Part shown: one piece after another, positions 27,815 through 36,328 of the stretch
Numbering within the stretch: position 1 is the stretch's first letter
Layout of the letters: the number at the start of each line of letters is the position of its first letter
From: an uncultured delta proteobacterium
GTDB taxonomy: Bacteria; Myxococcota_A; Polyangia; Polyangiales; B10-G4
Reading direction: 5' to 3'
Length of the DNA: 64,000 nucleotides
Assembly (NCBI GenBank): GCA_963727445.1
Contig: CAVSGI010000009.1
Location: forward strand, 32,001-96,000
Notes under the pieces: generated by a model
Database searches by the model: none
The model's input: the letters and a program-made list of their open reading frames with translations, nothing else
Told to the model about the DNA's origin: nothing
Program-made: the position numbers and the translations under genes

Positions 27815-27930
27815 ATTGGGGGTGACGAAGCGAAACCGAAACGAAGCTCGTGCGAAGCAGCGCGAGATATCGCGCGCCAGAGGCGCGGGAAGGCGCGTGG
27901 CCTGAGCGGCCGCGCGAGGAGGAAACGGCG

Positions 27931-29178
27931 ATGCCAAACAAGGCCGCACTCGAATCGCTGATTCCAGGTCTGCGCGAGAGTGTCCCCGGTGTGATGGGGG
28001 CTGCGCGCGTTCTGGTCGCGGATGCCGAAGCCGGAGGGTCCGAGACGGTGAAGGCGCTTCGGTCCGCGGGGATGACCGTGGTCCGCGCCCAAGACGGTGC
28101 CGACGTCCTCTGCCGCCTCGGCTCGGAGGACTTCGATGCCTTCGTGTTGGACATGAGCTTTGGCGGCGTGAATGGAGCCGCCCTCGTGCACGAGCTGCCC
28201 GACGGCGCGTCGGACGTGCCGGTCGTCCTGATGACCCGTTGTCCCTCGGCCGAAGGCGCTGTGGAGGCAATCGAGATGGGGGCGGTGGGCTATCTGGAGA
28301 AGCCTGCGTCCCGGGGTCTGCTCCTCTCCTATGTGGAGCGTGCCCAGCGGGTGCGCGAGGTGCTCCGCCTGCAGCGGCGCCTGCGGAAGGCGGTGGGACG
28401 AGCGGAGTCGGAGCGCGCGGAGCTCGACGCCTGCTTCGACCGCGCGCTTCAGTCGGTGCACATCGTGCTTCAGCCGGTGGTCTGCTGGTCCGAGCGCTCC
28501 GTTCTCGGGTGGGAGGCCTTCGTGCGCACTCACGAGCCCACGCTCAGCCGTCCAACGGAGCTCCTGGCTGTCGCAGAGCGCCTCGGTCGGATGCAGGAGC
28601 TCGGACGGTCGATGCGCGCGCGATGCGCGGAGGTCTTCGAGCATGCGCCGGCGGATGCCATCCTCTTCGTCAACCTCCACCCGATGGAGCTCGACGATCC
28701 ACTGCTGACCAGCCCCCAGGGTGCGCTCAGCCCGTTCGCCAACCGCGTGGTGCTGGAGCTCACCGAGCGCAGTTGTCTGGGGCGTGTCCACAACGGCGCC
28801 GCGCGGATCGAAGCGCTGCGCGCGCTCGGTTTCGGCATCGCCATCGACGACATCGCGGAGGGGTATGCCAGTCTCAAGACGCTGGCCGCGATCGAACCCG
28901 ACTACATGAAGCTCGATCGAACCCTCATCGCGGGGATCGAGCGACGCGGCATGAAGAGCCGCCTGGTGCGCGCCTTTGCGCATCTGTGCGAGGACCTCGA
29001 CGCGGTCCTGATCGCCGAAGGGGTCGAGACCGTTGCGGAGCTGGAGACGCTCGTCGAATCGGGTTGCGACCAGTTTCAAGGACACCTCTTCGCGCTGCCT
29101 GCGGAACAACTGTCCCATCCACGCTTTCCCCGCCTGGAGCGGAGAGAGACCAAGGAGGAATCCAATGCTCGACGTTGA
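27931..29178 (+). CDS. REC-EAL c-di-GMP phosphodiesterase
   Basis: LQPVV, WEAFVR, FVNLHP, LELTER, IAIDD, IAEGVET, FQGHLF. Confidence 0.9.
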   Translation: MPNKAALESLIPGLRESVPGVMGAARVLVADAEAGGSETVKALRSAGMTVVRAQDGADVLCRLGSEDFDAFVLDMSFGGVNGAALVHELPDGASDVPVVLMTRCPSAEGAVEAIEMGAVGYLEKPASRGLLLSYVERAQRVREVLRLQRRLRKAVGRAESERAELDACFDRALQSVHIVLQPVVCWSERSVLGWEAFVRTHEPTLSRPTELLAVAERLGRMQELGRSMRARCAEVFEHAPADAILFVNLHPMELDDPLLTSPQGALSPFANRVVLELTERSCLGRVHNGAARIEALRALGFGIAIDDIAEGYASLKTLAAIEPDYMKLDRTLIAGIERRGMKSRLVRAFAHLCEDLDAVLIAEGVETVAELETLVESGCDQFQGHLFALPAEQLSHPRFPRLERRETKEESNARR

Positions 29179-30275
29179 CGCGACCACGCTCGTATTCGCC
29201 GATACCCGCCGATCCAGGGAAGCGATCGCGTCTGCCGTTCGGCGGGCGGGCACTCACGTGATGCTCTCGAGAGACGTCCACGAGGTCGCCACGATCCTGC
29301 AGTCGCCAACCGCGCTCTGCGCGGTCGTGGTCGACGCGTCGGCGCATCGTGCACGGCAAGTTCTACGCGCGCTCAGGGAGGAGCCCAGCCTCTACGCGCT
29401 GCCGGTGATCGTCGTCGTTCCGCGCGCATCGGACGATGCGTTCGCCGAAGCGCACGAGCTCGGCGCCGATGGCGTGGTGTCAGCCACGCACATCGAGGAG
29501 CTCACCCACTGCCTCACGCCGCTGTTGGCTTCCGAGCGGCCGGATCGCGTCCCGGAGGTGCATGGCACCGTGCTGGTGGCGCATCCCGACCCGGAGCGCA
29601 GGCGTACTCTCGCGCGCACGATCCGTCGCGTGGGCTTCGGGGTCTCCTTTGCGGAAGGAACGGAGGGCTGGGTGCAGGACAAGGGCCGTGCGCCAGTCGC
29701 CGTGCTGGTCGCGTCCGAGCTCTGCCCGGAAACCCTGGATTTCTCCGTGCCGGCGATCGTGCTGGCGCCGGGTCGCGATGTCGAGCCGCTCCGATGCGCG
29801 ACGCGTACCCAGCCGCACGTGGCGGTGGTGTCGACCGACGCCCCCGCCGCAGATCTCGTGTTCCGTCTGGGAGAGCTCCTTCGCGGTGGCTACGTCGACG
29901 TGCGTGCCAGTCGCCGCGTCCTCTTCCCGACCCTCTGTCGGTTCAGGGAGGCAGGGACGGGCGAGGTGCGCCACGGGTCGACGTACAACATCAGCGCAGG
30001 TGGGATTCTACGTGCGTACGCTCGCACCCCTCGCACGCGGTACCCGTGCGTGGGTCGAGCTCGCCCCACCTGGTCACGACCGGCTCGTCCACCTGCGCGT
30101 GGAGGTTGCCTGGAGTCGCGGTGCGTGGCCGTCCAGCGGTGGTGGGCCCACGCCTCCCGGCTTCGGCGCCCGCCTCCTGGCGGACCAATGCCCGCCCCCG
30201 GACCTGCAAGTCTACCGCGCGGCGTACGAAGCCCTGCGCCGATCCGAGGAGGGGGGATACGCCCATGCAGCATGA
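29165..30275 (+). CDS. Pseudo-receiver plus PilZ domain protein (frameshift near 30000)
   Basis: RASRR, YNISAGG, then FYVRT...PPGFGARL in the shifted frame. Confidence 0.75.
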
Positions 30276-31410
30276 CACGAGTGATCCCCGGCGCGTCCTC
30301 GTGGTCGAGGACGAGGCCTCACTCAGGCGGACGGTCGTCCGCGTCCTGCGACGAGCGGGCTACGACGTCTGCTCGGTCGCTGATGGCGAGGAGGCGCTGG
30401 ACGCCATCGCCGAGTCGTCCTTCGACGTCGTGGTCACCGATCTGGCGATGCCTCGGGTCGACGGGATGAGCCTGGTGAGGGCGCTTCGCGACCGCGGCGT
30501 GGACAAGCCCGTCATCGTGATGACGGGCGTCAGCACCACCCACCAGACGGCGACCGAAGCGCTCGAGCGGGGCGTGACCTCCTATCTGCAGAAGCCGTTC
30601 AGCCCGGAGGCGGTCGTCGCGGCCGTCGAGAAGGGGCTTCGCCGCTACCAATCCGTCGATGCGGCGACACGCCGACTGGTGGAGGAGTATCACGCCCTCG
30701 ATCGGGTGATCGACAGCCTCTACATCGTCCGGCAGCCCATCGTGAGCCATTCTCGGCGTCAGGTCTCGGGCTATGAGTGCCTGCTCCGCGCCTCTGAGCC
30801 GGTGCTTCCTCATCCTGGTGCGATCCTCGACGCGGCCGAGCGATTCGGGCGGCTCGACGAGCTCGGTCTGATCGTGCGACAGCGGGCGGCCGAGCTCCCG
30901 CCCGTGGGTGATGCCTCGATCTTCGTCAATCTCCATCCGCTGGAGTTGTGCGACCCGGCTCTGTTCTCGCCGGACGCACCGCTCTCGCAGATGAGCGATC
31001 GCGTGGTGATCGAGATCACCGAGCGCGCTCGACTCGAGGAGATCCACGGCGCTTACGACGCCATCGACCGTCTGCGGGCGCTCGGTTTCCGCATCGCCCT
31101 CGACGACATCGGGGCGGGCTTCGCCAGCCTCTCGACGCTCACCACCCTCGCGCCGGACATCGTCAAGATCGACATGAGCCTCGTTCGCGACATCCACAGC
31201 TCGCGCATCAAGCAGCACCTCGTCGACGCGCTGCTGCACATCTGCCGTGACCACGACATCGACGTCATCGCCGAGGGTGTCGAGACCCCGGAGGAGCTCG
31301 ACACCCTCCGGGACCTCGGATGTGACACCTTCCAGGGCTACCTCTTCGCCAAGCCCGCCCGCGGCTTCCCCGCCCCCGCCTGGCCGGACCCGCTCGCCCT
31401 CGCGGGCTGA
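30265..31410 (+). CDS. REC-EAL c-di-GMP phosphodiesterase
   Basis: VLVVEDE, TDLAMP, YECLLR, IEITER, ALDDIGAG, IAEGVET, FQGYLF. Confidence 0.92.
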   Translation: MQHDTSDPRRVLVVEDEASLRRTVVRVLRRAGYDVCSVADGEEALDAIAESSFDVVVTDLAMPRVDGMSLVRALRDRGVDKPVIVMTGVSTTHQTATEALERGVTSYLQKPFSPEAVVAAVEKGLRRYQSVDAATRRLVEEYHALDRVIDSLYIVRQPIVSHSRRQVSGYECLLRASEPVLPHPGAILDAAERFGRLDELGLIVRQRAAELPPVGDASIFVNLHPLELCDPALFSPDAPLSQMSDRVVIEITERARLEEIHGAYDAIDRLRALGFRIALDDIGAGFASLSTLTTLAPDIVKIDMSLVRDIHSSRIKQHLVDALLHICRDHDIDVIAEGVETPEELDTLRDLGCDTFQGYLFAKPARGFPAPAWPDPLALAG

Positions 31411-31455
31411 GCGTCTTTCGAAACGCGCTCGAGGCTGGGCAACGATGCCGCAGGC

Positions 31456-31480
31456 GCGGGTTCAGATCCCGCTGGGGACA
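31456..31480 (+). other. tRNA 3'-half-like remnant
   Basis: GCGGG-TTCAGAT-CCCGC-TGGGGAC-A (T arm plus acceptor strand) with no 5' half. Confidence 0.35.
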
Positions 31481-31515
31481 CTGACCCCATGAGATGCGTT
31501 CGACAATCGAGCGGC

Positions 31516-32436
31516 TCATGGGGTCTCCTTTCCCCCGGACTCGACCACTCGCTCGCGGAGGCGCTGGAAGAACAGCGCCGTCTCGATGGTGTCGAGGAGC
31601 CCAGCAACCTGCCCGTCACCAAGCTCGATGATGCGCCAGTTGCGGTCGCGGCCCATCGCGAGGTCCATCGTGAAGAACCGACTGCGGACGGCCTTCATGA
31701 TCCCCGCGAATTCGCCGAGCGGGACGTCATCGTCGCCATAGTCCGCATCGGACCAATAGCGACCCGTCACGAGGGGTTCACCATCGAGCACGAACACGCG
31801 GTGTTCGCGGGTGAGCGGCATCCCGCTCTTCGGATGGCTGCCCACCGATTGGAGATCGATGAACTCACGCAGCACTACTCCACCCACGAGTAGGTCACCC
31901 TGTCGCTCCAAGAACGTGGAAACGACTGATCGGAGCCGCTTCTCATCGGCAGCGGACGGGACGAAGCACGCATCGTCCCACTCGTGCTTCCGCGACTTGA
32001 CGTAGTCCTTCACGATCACCGGCCGATCTCCGAACCGACGAGCGGCCTCCACCACCTTCTCGATGTCGACTCCTTCGGGCCCACACGGCACCCAGACGGA
32101 CGGGGGCGTTCTCGACGCGATCATGTGGAACGACTCCGGTAGGTGGTGGCAGTGCCGATATTCCTCGGGGGTATTGATCAGCGCGATGCCCCGTTCCTGG
32201 AGCGCCCCATGCAACTCGGCGTATCGCTCGGAGGTCAGCATCCAGCCGCGGTACACCGCAGCCCCCTCGGCGGAGATGGCACGAACTGCGCGAGCGCAGC
32301 CACCCTCGTCGAGACGGTCCTGGTTGATCAAGGCCGTCTCGAACCCCGCAGCGCGGGCGGCCTCCTCCTGTTCGGCGAAAGCGTCGTCGACCCTGCGCGG
32401 CTCGAACATTTGGCTGGGAAACAGGATTGTCGTCAT
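31516..32436 (-). CDS. ATP-grasp protein (R2K/DUF4343-like)
   Basis: VYRGWML, IVKDYVKSRKHEW, VLREF, EHRVF, FTMDLA, IELGDGQVAG. Confidence 0.8.
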   Translation of the reverse strand: MTTILFPSQMFEPRRVDDAFAEQEEAARAAGFETALINQDRLDEGGCARAVRAISAEGAAVYRGWMLTSERYAELHGALQERGIALINTPEEYRHCHHLPESFHMIASRTPPSVWVPCGPEGVDIEKVVEAARRFGDRPVIVKDYVKSRKHEWDDACFVPSAADEKRLRSVVSTFLERQGDLLVGGVVLREFIDLQSVGSHPKSGMPLTREHRVFVLDGEPLVTGRYWSDADYGDDDVPLGEFAGIMKAVRSRFFTMDLAMGRDRNWRIIELGDGQVAGLLDTIETALFFQRLRERVVESGGKETP

Positions 32437-33512
32437 GACGGTCGCCCCTCAGCCTGGGTGACATCGGCAAACGCAGGCTGCGCGCGTCGAACCATGTCGC
32501 GTACGAACTCGCCGTACGCCTCCTTCATCGGCAGCTCGATGTCCACCTTCACGCGCCGACGAGTCGCGGTGACCTCTTCGCCCGTCTTCGGGTTGCGCCC
32601 CGGCTTCTCGAACGTCTCCCAGTACAAGCCGATGCCGCGCTTCTGCCACGACGGCAGCTCGTTGAAGTTGATCCCGTTCTCGAACAGCAGCTCGTTTCTC
32701 GCGGCCACCGACGTCCCGTCGAGCTGCCTGGTGGCCTCTCGATCGGACATTCCCTGACCGCGCAGCAGCCAGTAGCAGTGGCCGCTGAGCGCGTTGCGGT
32801 GCGCGTCCTCCTGGCGCCATCGGAAGTAGTCGACGACGTCCTTCTCGGTCGGGAGCTGCGAGATTCGGCAGTCGAACGCGGCCGGAGCACCCAGCTCGTG
32901 AGTGAACGTCGCGCTCGCCTCGCCAGCGAGGATCGAGTTGTACTTCCGGAGCTTGCGACCGAAGGTCAGCTCGTCTCGTCGGAAGAGCAGTGAAATCTCA
33001 TCGCTCTGTGTGTAGCCGTAGACCACCCCGAAGCCGCACTCCAACAGGCGCCGCACAGCGGCCACCATGCAGTCGCGGAAGCGCTCGTCGTAGGGCGCCT
33101 CGAAGTCTTGCAGCTCGCGCGTGAGACGGGTGAAGGACCGGCCGTCGATCCGCGGCACCTCGAGCTGGCCGTAGGTGCCCAGCACCCCCTTGTCCGGGAT
33201 GCGGTCGGCGTCGTCCCGCTCGCTGTTCCGTTGGAGCGCCGCCTTGATCTCCGACTGGAAGTAGTAGCCGACGACCCGGAAGCCGGAGTCCCTCGCCGAC
33301 TGGATGTACCGATCGCGGTCCTGTCGGCGGGGATTGGTGTTGTCGACCACGAACGGCTGCCCCGTCCGCAGGCAGGCACCCACGAGCGTCCGCTCGCGAT
33401 TCCGGGTCCGGACCTGGTCCAAGCTGATCCGGACGTGGGATCGGAAGAAGCGCTCCTTGTAGAAGCTCGACTTTCCGGTGGCTTGGATGCCTATGAACAA
33501 GATCGCTTCCAT
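32433..33512 (-). CDS. AAA_33/PNK-like P-loop kinase fused in frame to a Thg1-like 3'-5' polymerase
   Basis: GIQATGKS, VVDNTN; then RIDGRSF, YTQSDEIS, AFDCRI, WRQEDAHRN. Confidence 0.88.
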   Translation of the reverse strand: MEAILFIGIQATGKSSFYKERFFRSHVRISLDQVRTRNRERTLVGACLRTGQPFVVDNTNPRRQDRDRYIQSARDSGFRVVGYYFQSEIKAALQRNSERDDADRIPDKGVLGTYGQLEVPRIDGRSFTRLTRELQDFEAPYDERFRDCMVAAVRRLLECGFGVVYGYTQSDEISLLFRRDELTFGRKLRKYNSILAGEASATFTHELGAPAAFDCRISQLPTEKDVVDYFRWRQEDAHRNALSGHCYWLLRGQGMSDREATRQLDGTSVAARNELLFENGINFNELPSWQKRGIGLYWETFEKPGRNPKTGEEVTATRRRVKVDIELPMKEAYGEFVRDMVRRAQPAFADVTQAEGRPS

Positions 33513-33524
33513 CGATCGACCATG

Positions 33525-33556
33525 AAAAAAGCCGCCTTCGGATTTCCGAGGCGGCT
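33525..33556 (-). terminator. Leader terminator just upstream of kinase-Thg1
   Basis: AGCCGCCTCGGA-AA-TCCGAAGGCGGC-TTTTTT, 12 nt before the ATG. Confidence 0.8.
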
Positions 33557-33584
33557 CCCACACAACGCGCAAACGTCGCCGCCC

Positions 33585-33641
33585 CTACGAGACCCCCTCG
33601 TAGGCGTGGTTGCCGGCGACGATGCTGCGGACGTTGTTCAC
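33585..33641 (-). CDS. Putative leader peptide MNNVRSIVAGNHAYEGVS
   Basis: GTG-start 18-aa uORF between promoter and terminator. Confidence 0.5.
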   Translation of the reverse strand: MNNVRSIVAGNHAYEGVS

Positions 33642-33650
33642 GAGATGATC

Positions 33651-33679
33651 AGGTTGGTCACTGAGGAGTGGTCGGTCAA
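33651..33679 (-). promoter_or_regulatory. sigma70-like promoter
   Basis: TTGACC-N17-CAACCT. Confidence 0.45.
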
Positions 33680-33733
33680 GTCGGGACGAGTGGCGAACCG
33701 CGTTACCGGGTGCGATCGAGAGAGACTGCTCAT

Positions 33734-33827
33734 GGGGACGCTAGATTGACAATTGACTTTCGCCCCTGCTCCCGAGCGTGACCGCCTCACCGGGCCGGCG
33801 AAAGTCAATTGTCAATCTAGCGTCCCC
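33734..33827. repeat. 94-bp element with perfect 31-bp inverted repeats (MITE/REP-like)
   Basis: GGGGACGCTAGATTGACAATTGACTTTCGCC, 32-nt spacer, exact reverse complement. Confidence 0.85.
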
Positions 33828-33874
33828 GCGTCCTCCGCTCTTGCGTGCGGCGCCTTCGCCCCACTACACCGTCT

Positions 33875-34132
33875 TCAGAGCTCCTCTCGGAGCATCATGT
33901 CGGCGATGCGGCTCGGGTCGATGGCGAACATGCCGTCCCGGATCGCTTTCTTCAGCGAGGCGACCTTCGCCTCATCGGGCGCCTCTGGAGCGCGAGCCTC
34001 CATCAGGCTGCGCGCCTCCGCCGATACCCGCACCTCTTCGGCGCGCGCGGGGCCGGGCGGCGTGGCGCGATCGCCGTCGGACCGGCGGGCGGCATCGATG
34101 GCGGTGGGGCTCTGAGCGTTGCGGATCTTCAT
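33875..34132 (-). CDS. flgM: Anti-sigma28 factor FlgM
   Basis: EEVRVSAEA...DEAKVASLKKAIRDGMFAIDPSRIADMML; downstream of fliA. Confidence 0.88.
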   Translation of the reverse strand: MKIRNAQSPTAIDAARRSDGDRATPPGPARAEEVRVSAEARSLMEARAPEAPDEAKVASLKKAIRDGMFAIDPSRIADMMLREEL

Positions 34133-34154
34133 GGAGGTCACTCCTCAACCTCTC

Positions 34155-34183
34155 CCATCGGTCGGTCATCCGTCTGCCTTGAG
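34155..34183 (-). promoter_or_regulatory. sigma28-like promoter of flgM
   Basis: CTCAAG-N15-ACCGATGG. Confidence 0.65.
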
Positions 34184-34336
34184 CCGAATTCGTCGAAGAG
34201 CGACGTGCCGGTTCGCCGGGAGAGGGGCACCACCTCCCGGCCTCCTGCACGAGCTCAATGATTTCAACGTGTTCGAAGCCATAGCCGCGTTGCTGCGCGA
34301 TCGCGCTTGAGAGCGCACTGTAGATCCCGTCGGATA

Positions 34337-35077
34337 TCAGCTGGCCCTCCGGGCGATGGTCTGCGCCGTTGGAGCCTCACTCATCATGGCGCGGAGACGC
34401 GCGGCGGTCTCGCCCAGGATCTGGCAGACCCGGCTCTCGGTGACACCGAGGATCTCGCCGATCTCCGCCTGGGTGCACTCCTCCTGGTAGTAGAGCGCCA
34501 GGACCATGCGCTTGCGCTCGGGGAGCGCCTCGATGGCCTCGATGAGGCGGCGGCGAAGCTCCTTGGCCTCGTAGGTCGAGGAGGGGTTGTCCTGGCTCGG
34601 CAGGATGTCGTCCGGGTCGGACTCGGTGGCGGCGCCGAGCGCGGGCCCGCGCGCGAGTGACTCCGAGAGCTTCTGGTAATCCTCGAGCGTCATGCCCAGG
34701 GCCTCGGCCACCTCTTCCTCGCTGGGCTGGCGGCCGAGCTCCTGCGCCAGATTGCGGATGGTCCGCGTCACCTGAGTGAGCCGGCGACGCCCGTGGCGAG
34801 TCATGGCGTCGTAGCGCCGGAGCTCGTCGAGTATCGCGCCGCGCGCCCGCATCTCCACGTACGCCTCGAAGGCGGGGCAGCGGGCCGGATCGTAGGCCTC
34901 GACCGCCTTGAGGAGACCTTCGCTCCCTGCGCCGATGAGGTCGCCTACGTCGACGCTGGCCGGCAGGCGTCGCGCGAGCCGAAACGCCAGGCGTCGGACG
35001 ATCGGCAGCCCGACCTGGATGAGCTCCTCGCGCGAGCGCGGGGGAGTCGGGACTGTCTCTAGGGCTTCCATCAGCAT
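34337..35077 (-). CDS. fliA: FliA/WhiG-family sigma28 factor
   Basis: LPASVDVGDLIGAG..GL, RGAILDELR, LGRQPSEEEVA, LYYQEE..EIGEILGVTESRVCQI. Confidence 0.92.
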   Translation of the reverse strand: MLMEALETVPTPPRSREELIQVGLPIVRRLAFRLARRLPASVDVGDLIGAGSEGLLKAVEAYDPARCPAFEAYVEMRARGAILDELRRYDAMTRHGRRRLTQVTRTIRNLAQELGRQPSEEEVAEALGMTLEDYQKLSESLARGPALGAATESDPDDILPSQDNPSSTYEAKELRRRLIEAIEALPERKRMVLALYYQEECTQAEIGEILGVTESRVCQILGETAARLRAMMSEAPTAQTIARRAS

Positions 35078-35925
35078 ACCTCCTCGGCATGGGGGCCGGA
35101 ATTGGCCTGGGTCTCGCGGGCGAGTCGGCCTGCGATTCGTTGGATGGCGAGGGACGCAGCCGTCGACGGATGTCCGACGACCACCGGCTCCCCCGTCCGG
35201 ACGGCGGCGGCGACGCGCGGATCGCGCGGCACTGCGCCGAGAATTTCGAGGTCGAGGTCGAGGAACCTCCGCGCGATGGAGTCGAGACGCTCGTGGAGCT
35301 CGACGCCCTCCTCGTCGGAAGCGACCTGGTTCGAGACGGTGTGGATGCGCTCGACGCCGCCCCGACGGTGCAGCACCTTCACCATCGCGTAGGCATCACG
35401 CAGGCTCGAGGGATCGGGCGTCGTGACGAGCAGCACGTGGGCCGCCCTCGACGCGAAGGCGACGGCGTTGCTACCGATCCCGGCCCCGGTGTCGACGACG
35501 ACGTCATCGAAGTCGTCCCGCACCGTGTCGATCGCCGCGAAGAGCGCCGCGCGCTGCCGAACGTCCAGGTTCGCCATTTCGTAGCGGCCGGGACAGGCCG
35601 CAAGGAGCGAGACACCGAGGCGCGTGTCGTAGAGCGCATGCGCGACCGCGCAGTCGCCGTCGAGCACGTGCATGAGGTTGTGCAGCGGGCGCACGCCGAG
35701 GGCGAGATCGAGGCTGGCGAGGCCGAGATCCGCGTCGATCACCAGGACGCGACGACCCAGGCTCGCTAGCGAAATCGAAAGGTTGGCAGAGATTTGCGTC
35801 TTGCCGACGCCGCCCTTTCCGCTGGTGACCGCGATCACGTTGTGCGCGTACGGCCCAGATGGCACGCGGGTGGAGATGCGGGGTGCAGCACGCAACCCAG
35901 CGGCTCGATCGATCGCTCTCATCAT
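35071..35925 (-). CDS. flhG: FlhG/FleN MinD-like ATPase
   Basis: VTSGKGGVGKT, DADLGLA, DTGAGI, TPDPSSLRDAYA. Confidence 0.88.
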   Translation of the reverse strand: MMRAIDRAAGLRAAPRISTRVPSGPYAHNVIAVTSGKGGVGKTQISANLSISLASLGRRVLVIDADLGLASLDLALGVRPLHNLMHVLDGDCAVAHALYDTRLGVSLLAACPGRYEMANLDVRQRAALFAAIDTVRDDFDDVVVDTGAGIGSNAVAFASRAAHVLLVTTPDPSSLRDAYAMVKVLHRRGGVERIHTVSNQVASDEEGVELHERLDSIARRFLDLDLEILGAVPRDPRVAAAVRTGEPVVVGHPSTAASLAIQRIAGRLARETQANSGPHAEEVC

Positions 35926-36212
35926 TCCTCCTCACTGTCGGAGAGGTGCGCTGCCAGCCGCGCGGGGCTCGCAGGCTCGAGGTCTTCAGGGACGCGCTGG
36001 CCAGTGGTGAGCCAGGCGAGTGGGAGGGCGCTCGTCGACTGCGCGGCGACGATCGGCCCAAGACAGAACGCCTCGTCTACCTGGGTGACGACGAGCTTCG
36101 ACGGGCCAAGCACCGACCAGCACTGCAGCGTCGCGTCGAGCTCGAGCTCACGTCGCGCGCGCTCGACGGCGTCGTCGAATCTCCCAGCTCCCAGACTCCA
36201 CTGCTCGCTCAT
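35922..36212 (-). CDS. flhF: 96-aa protein matching only the FlhF C-terminus
   Basis: LVVTQVDEA...LPLAWLTTGQRVPEDLEPA; no P-loop; immediately upstream of flhG. Confidence 0.7.
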   Translation of the reverse strand: MSEQWSLGAGRFDDAVERARRELELDATLQCWSVLGPSKLVVTQVDEAFCLGPIVAAQSTSALPLAWLTTGQRVPEDLEPASPARLAAHLSDSEEE

Positions 36213-36226
36213 GACCGACGGGACAA

Positions 36227-36243
36227 AGCAACCGCCGTGCCCA
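36227..36243 (-). promoter_or_regulatory. sigma54 -24/-12 promoter of the flhF-flhG-fliA operon
   Basis: TGGGCACGGCGGTTGCT (GG-N10-GC). Confidence 0.7.
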
Positions 36244-36328
36244 CGTGCCGCGAGCCGTTTTCATCGGGAAAAGCGGCCTATCACCCGCTCTTCTCCCCCG
36301 TGATGCCAAAACCCTGACGCTGTCGAAG

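Noticed and set aside
34195..34285. sigma54 promoter or IHF site upstream of flgM
   Set aside because: GGCAC is present but the -12 GC is missing; the IHF-like match is too weak alone
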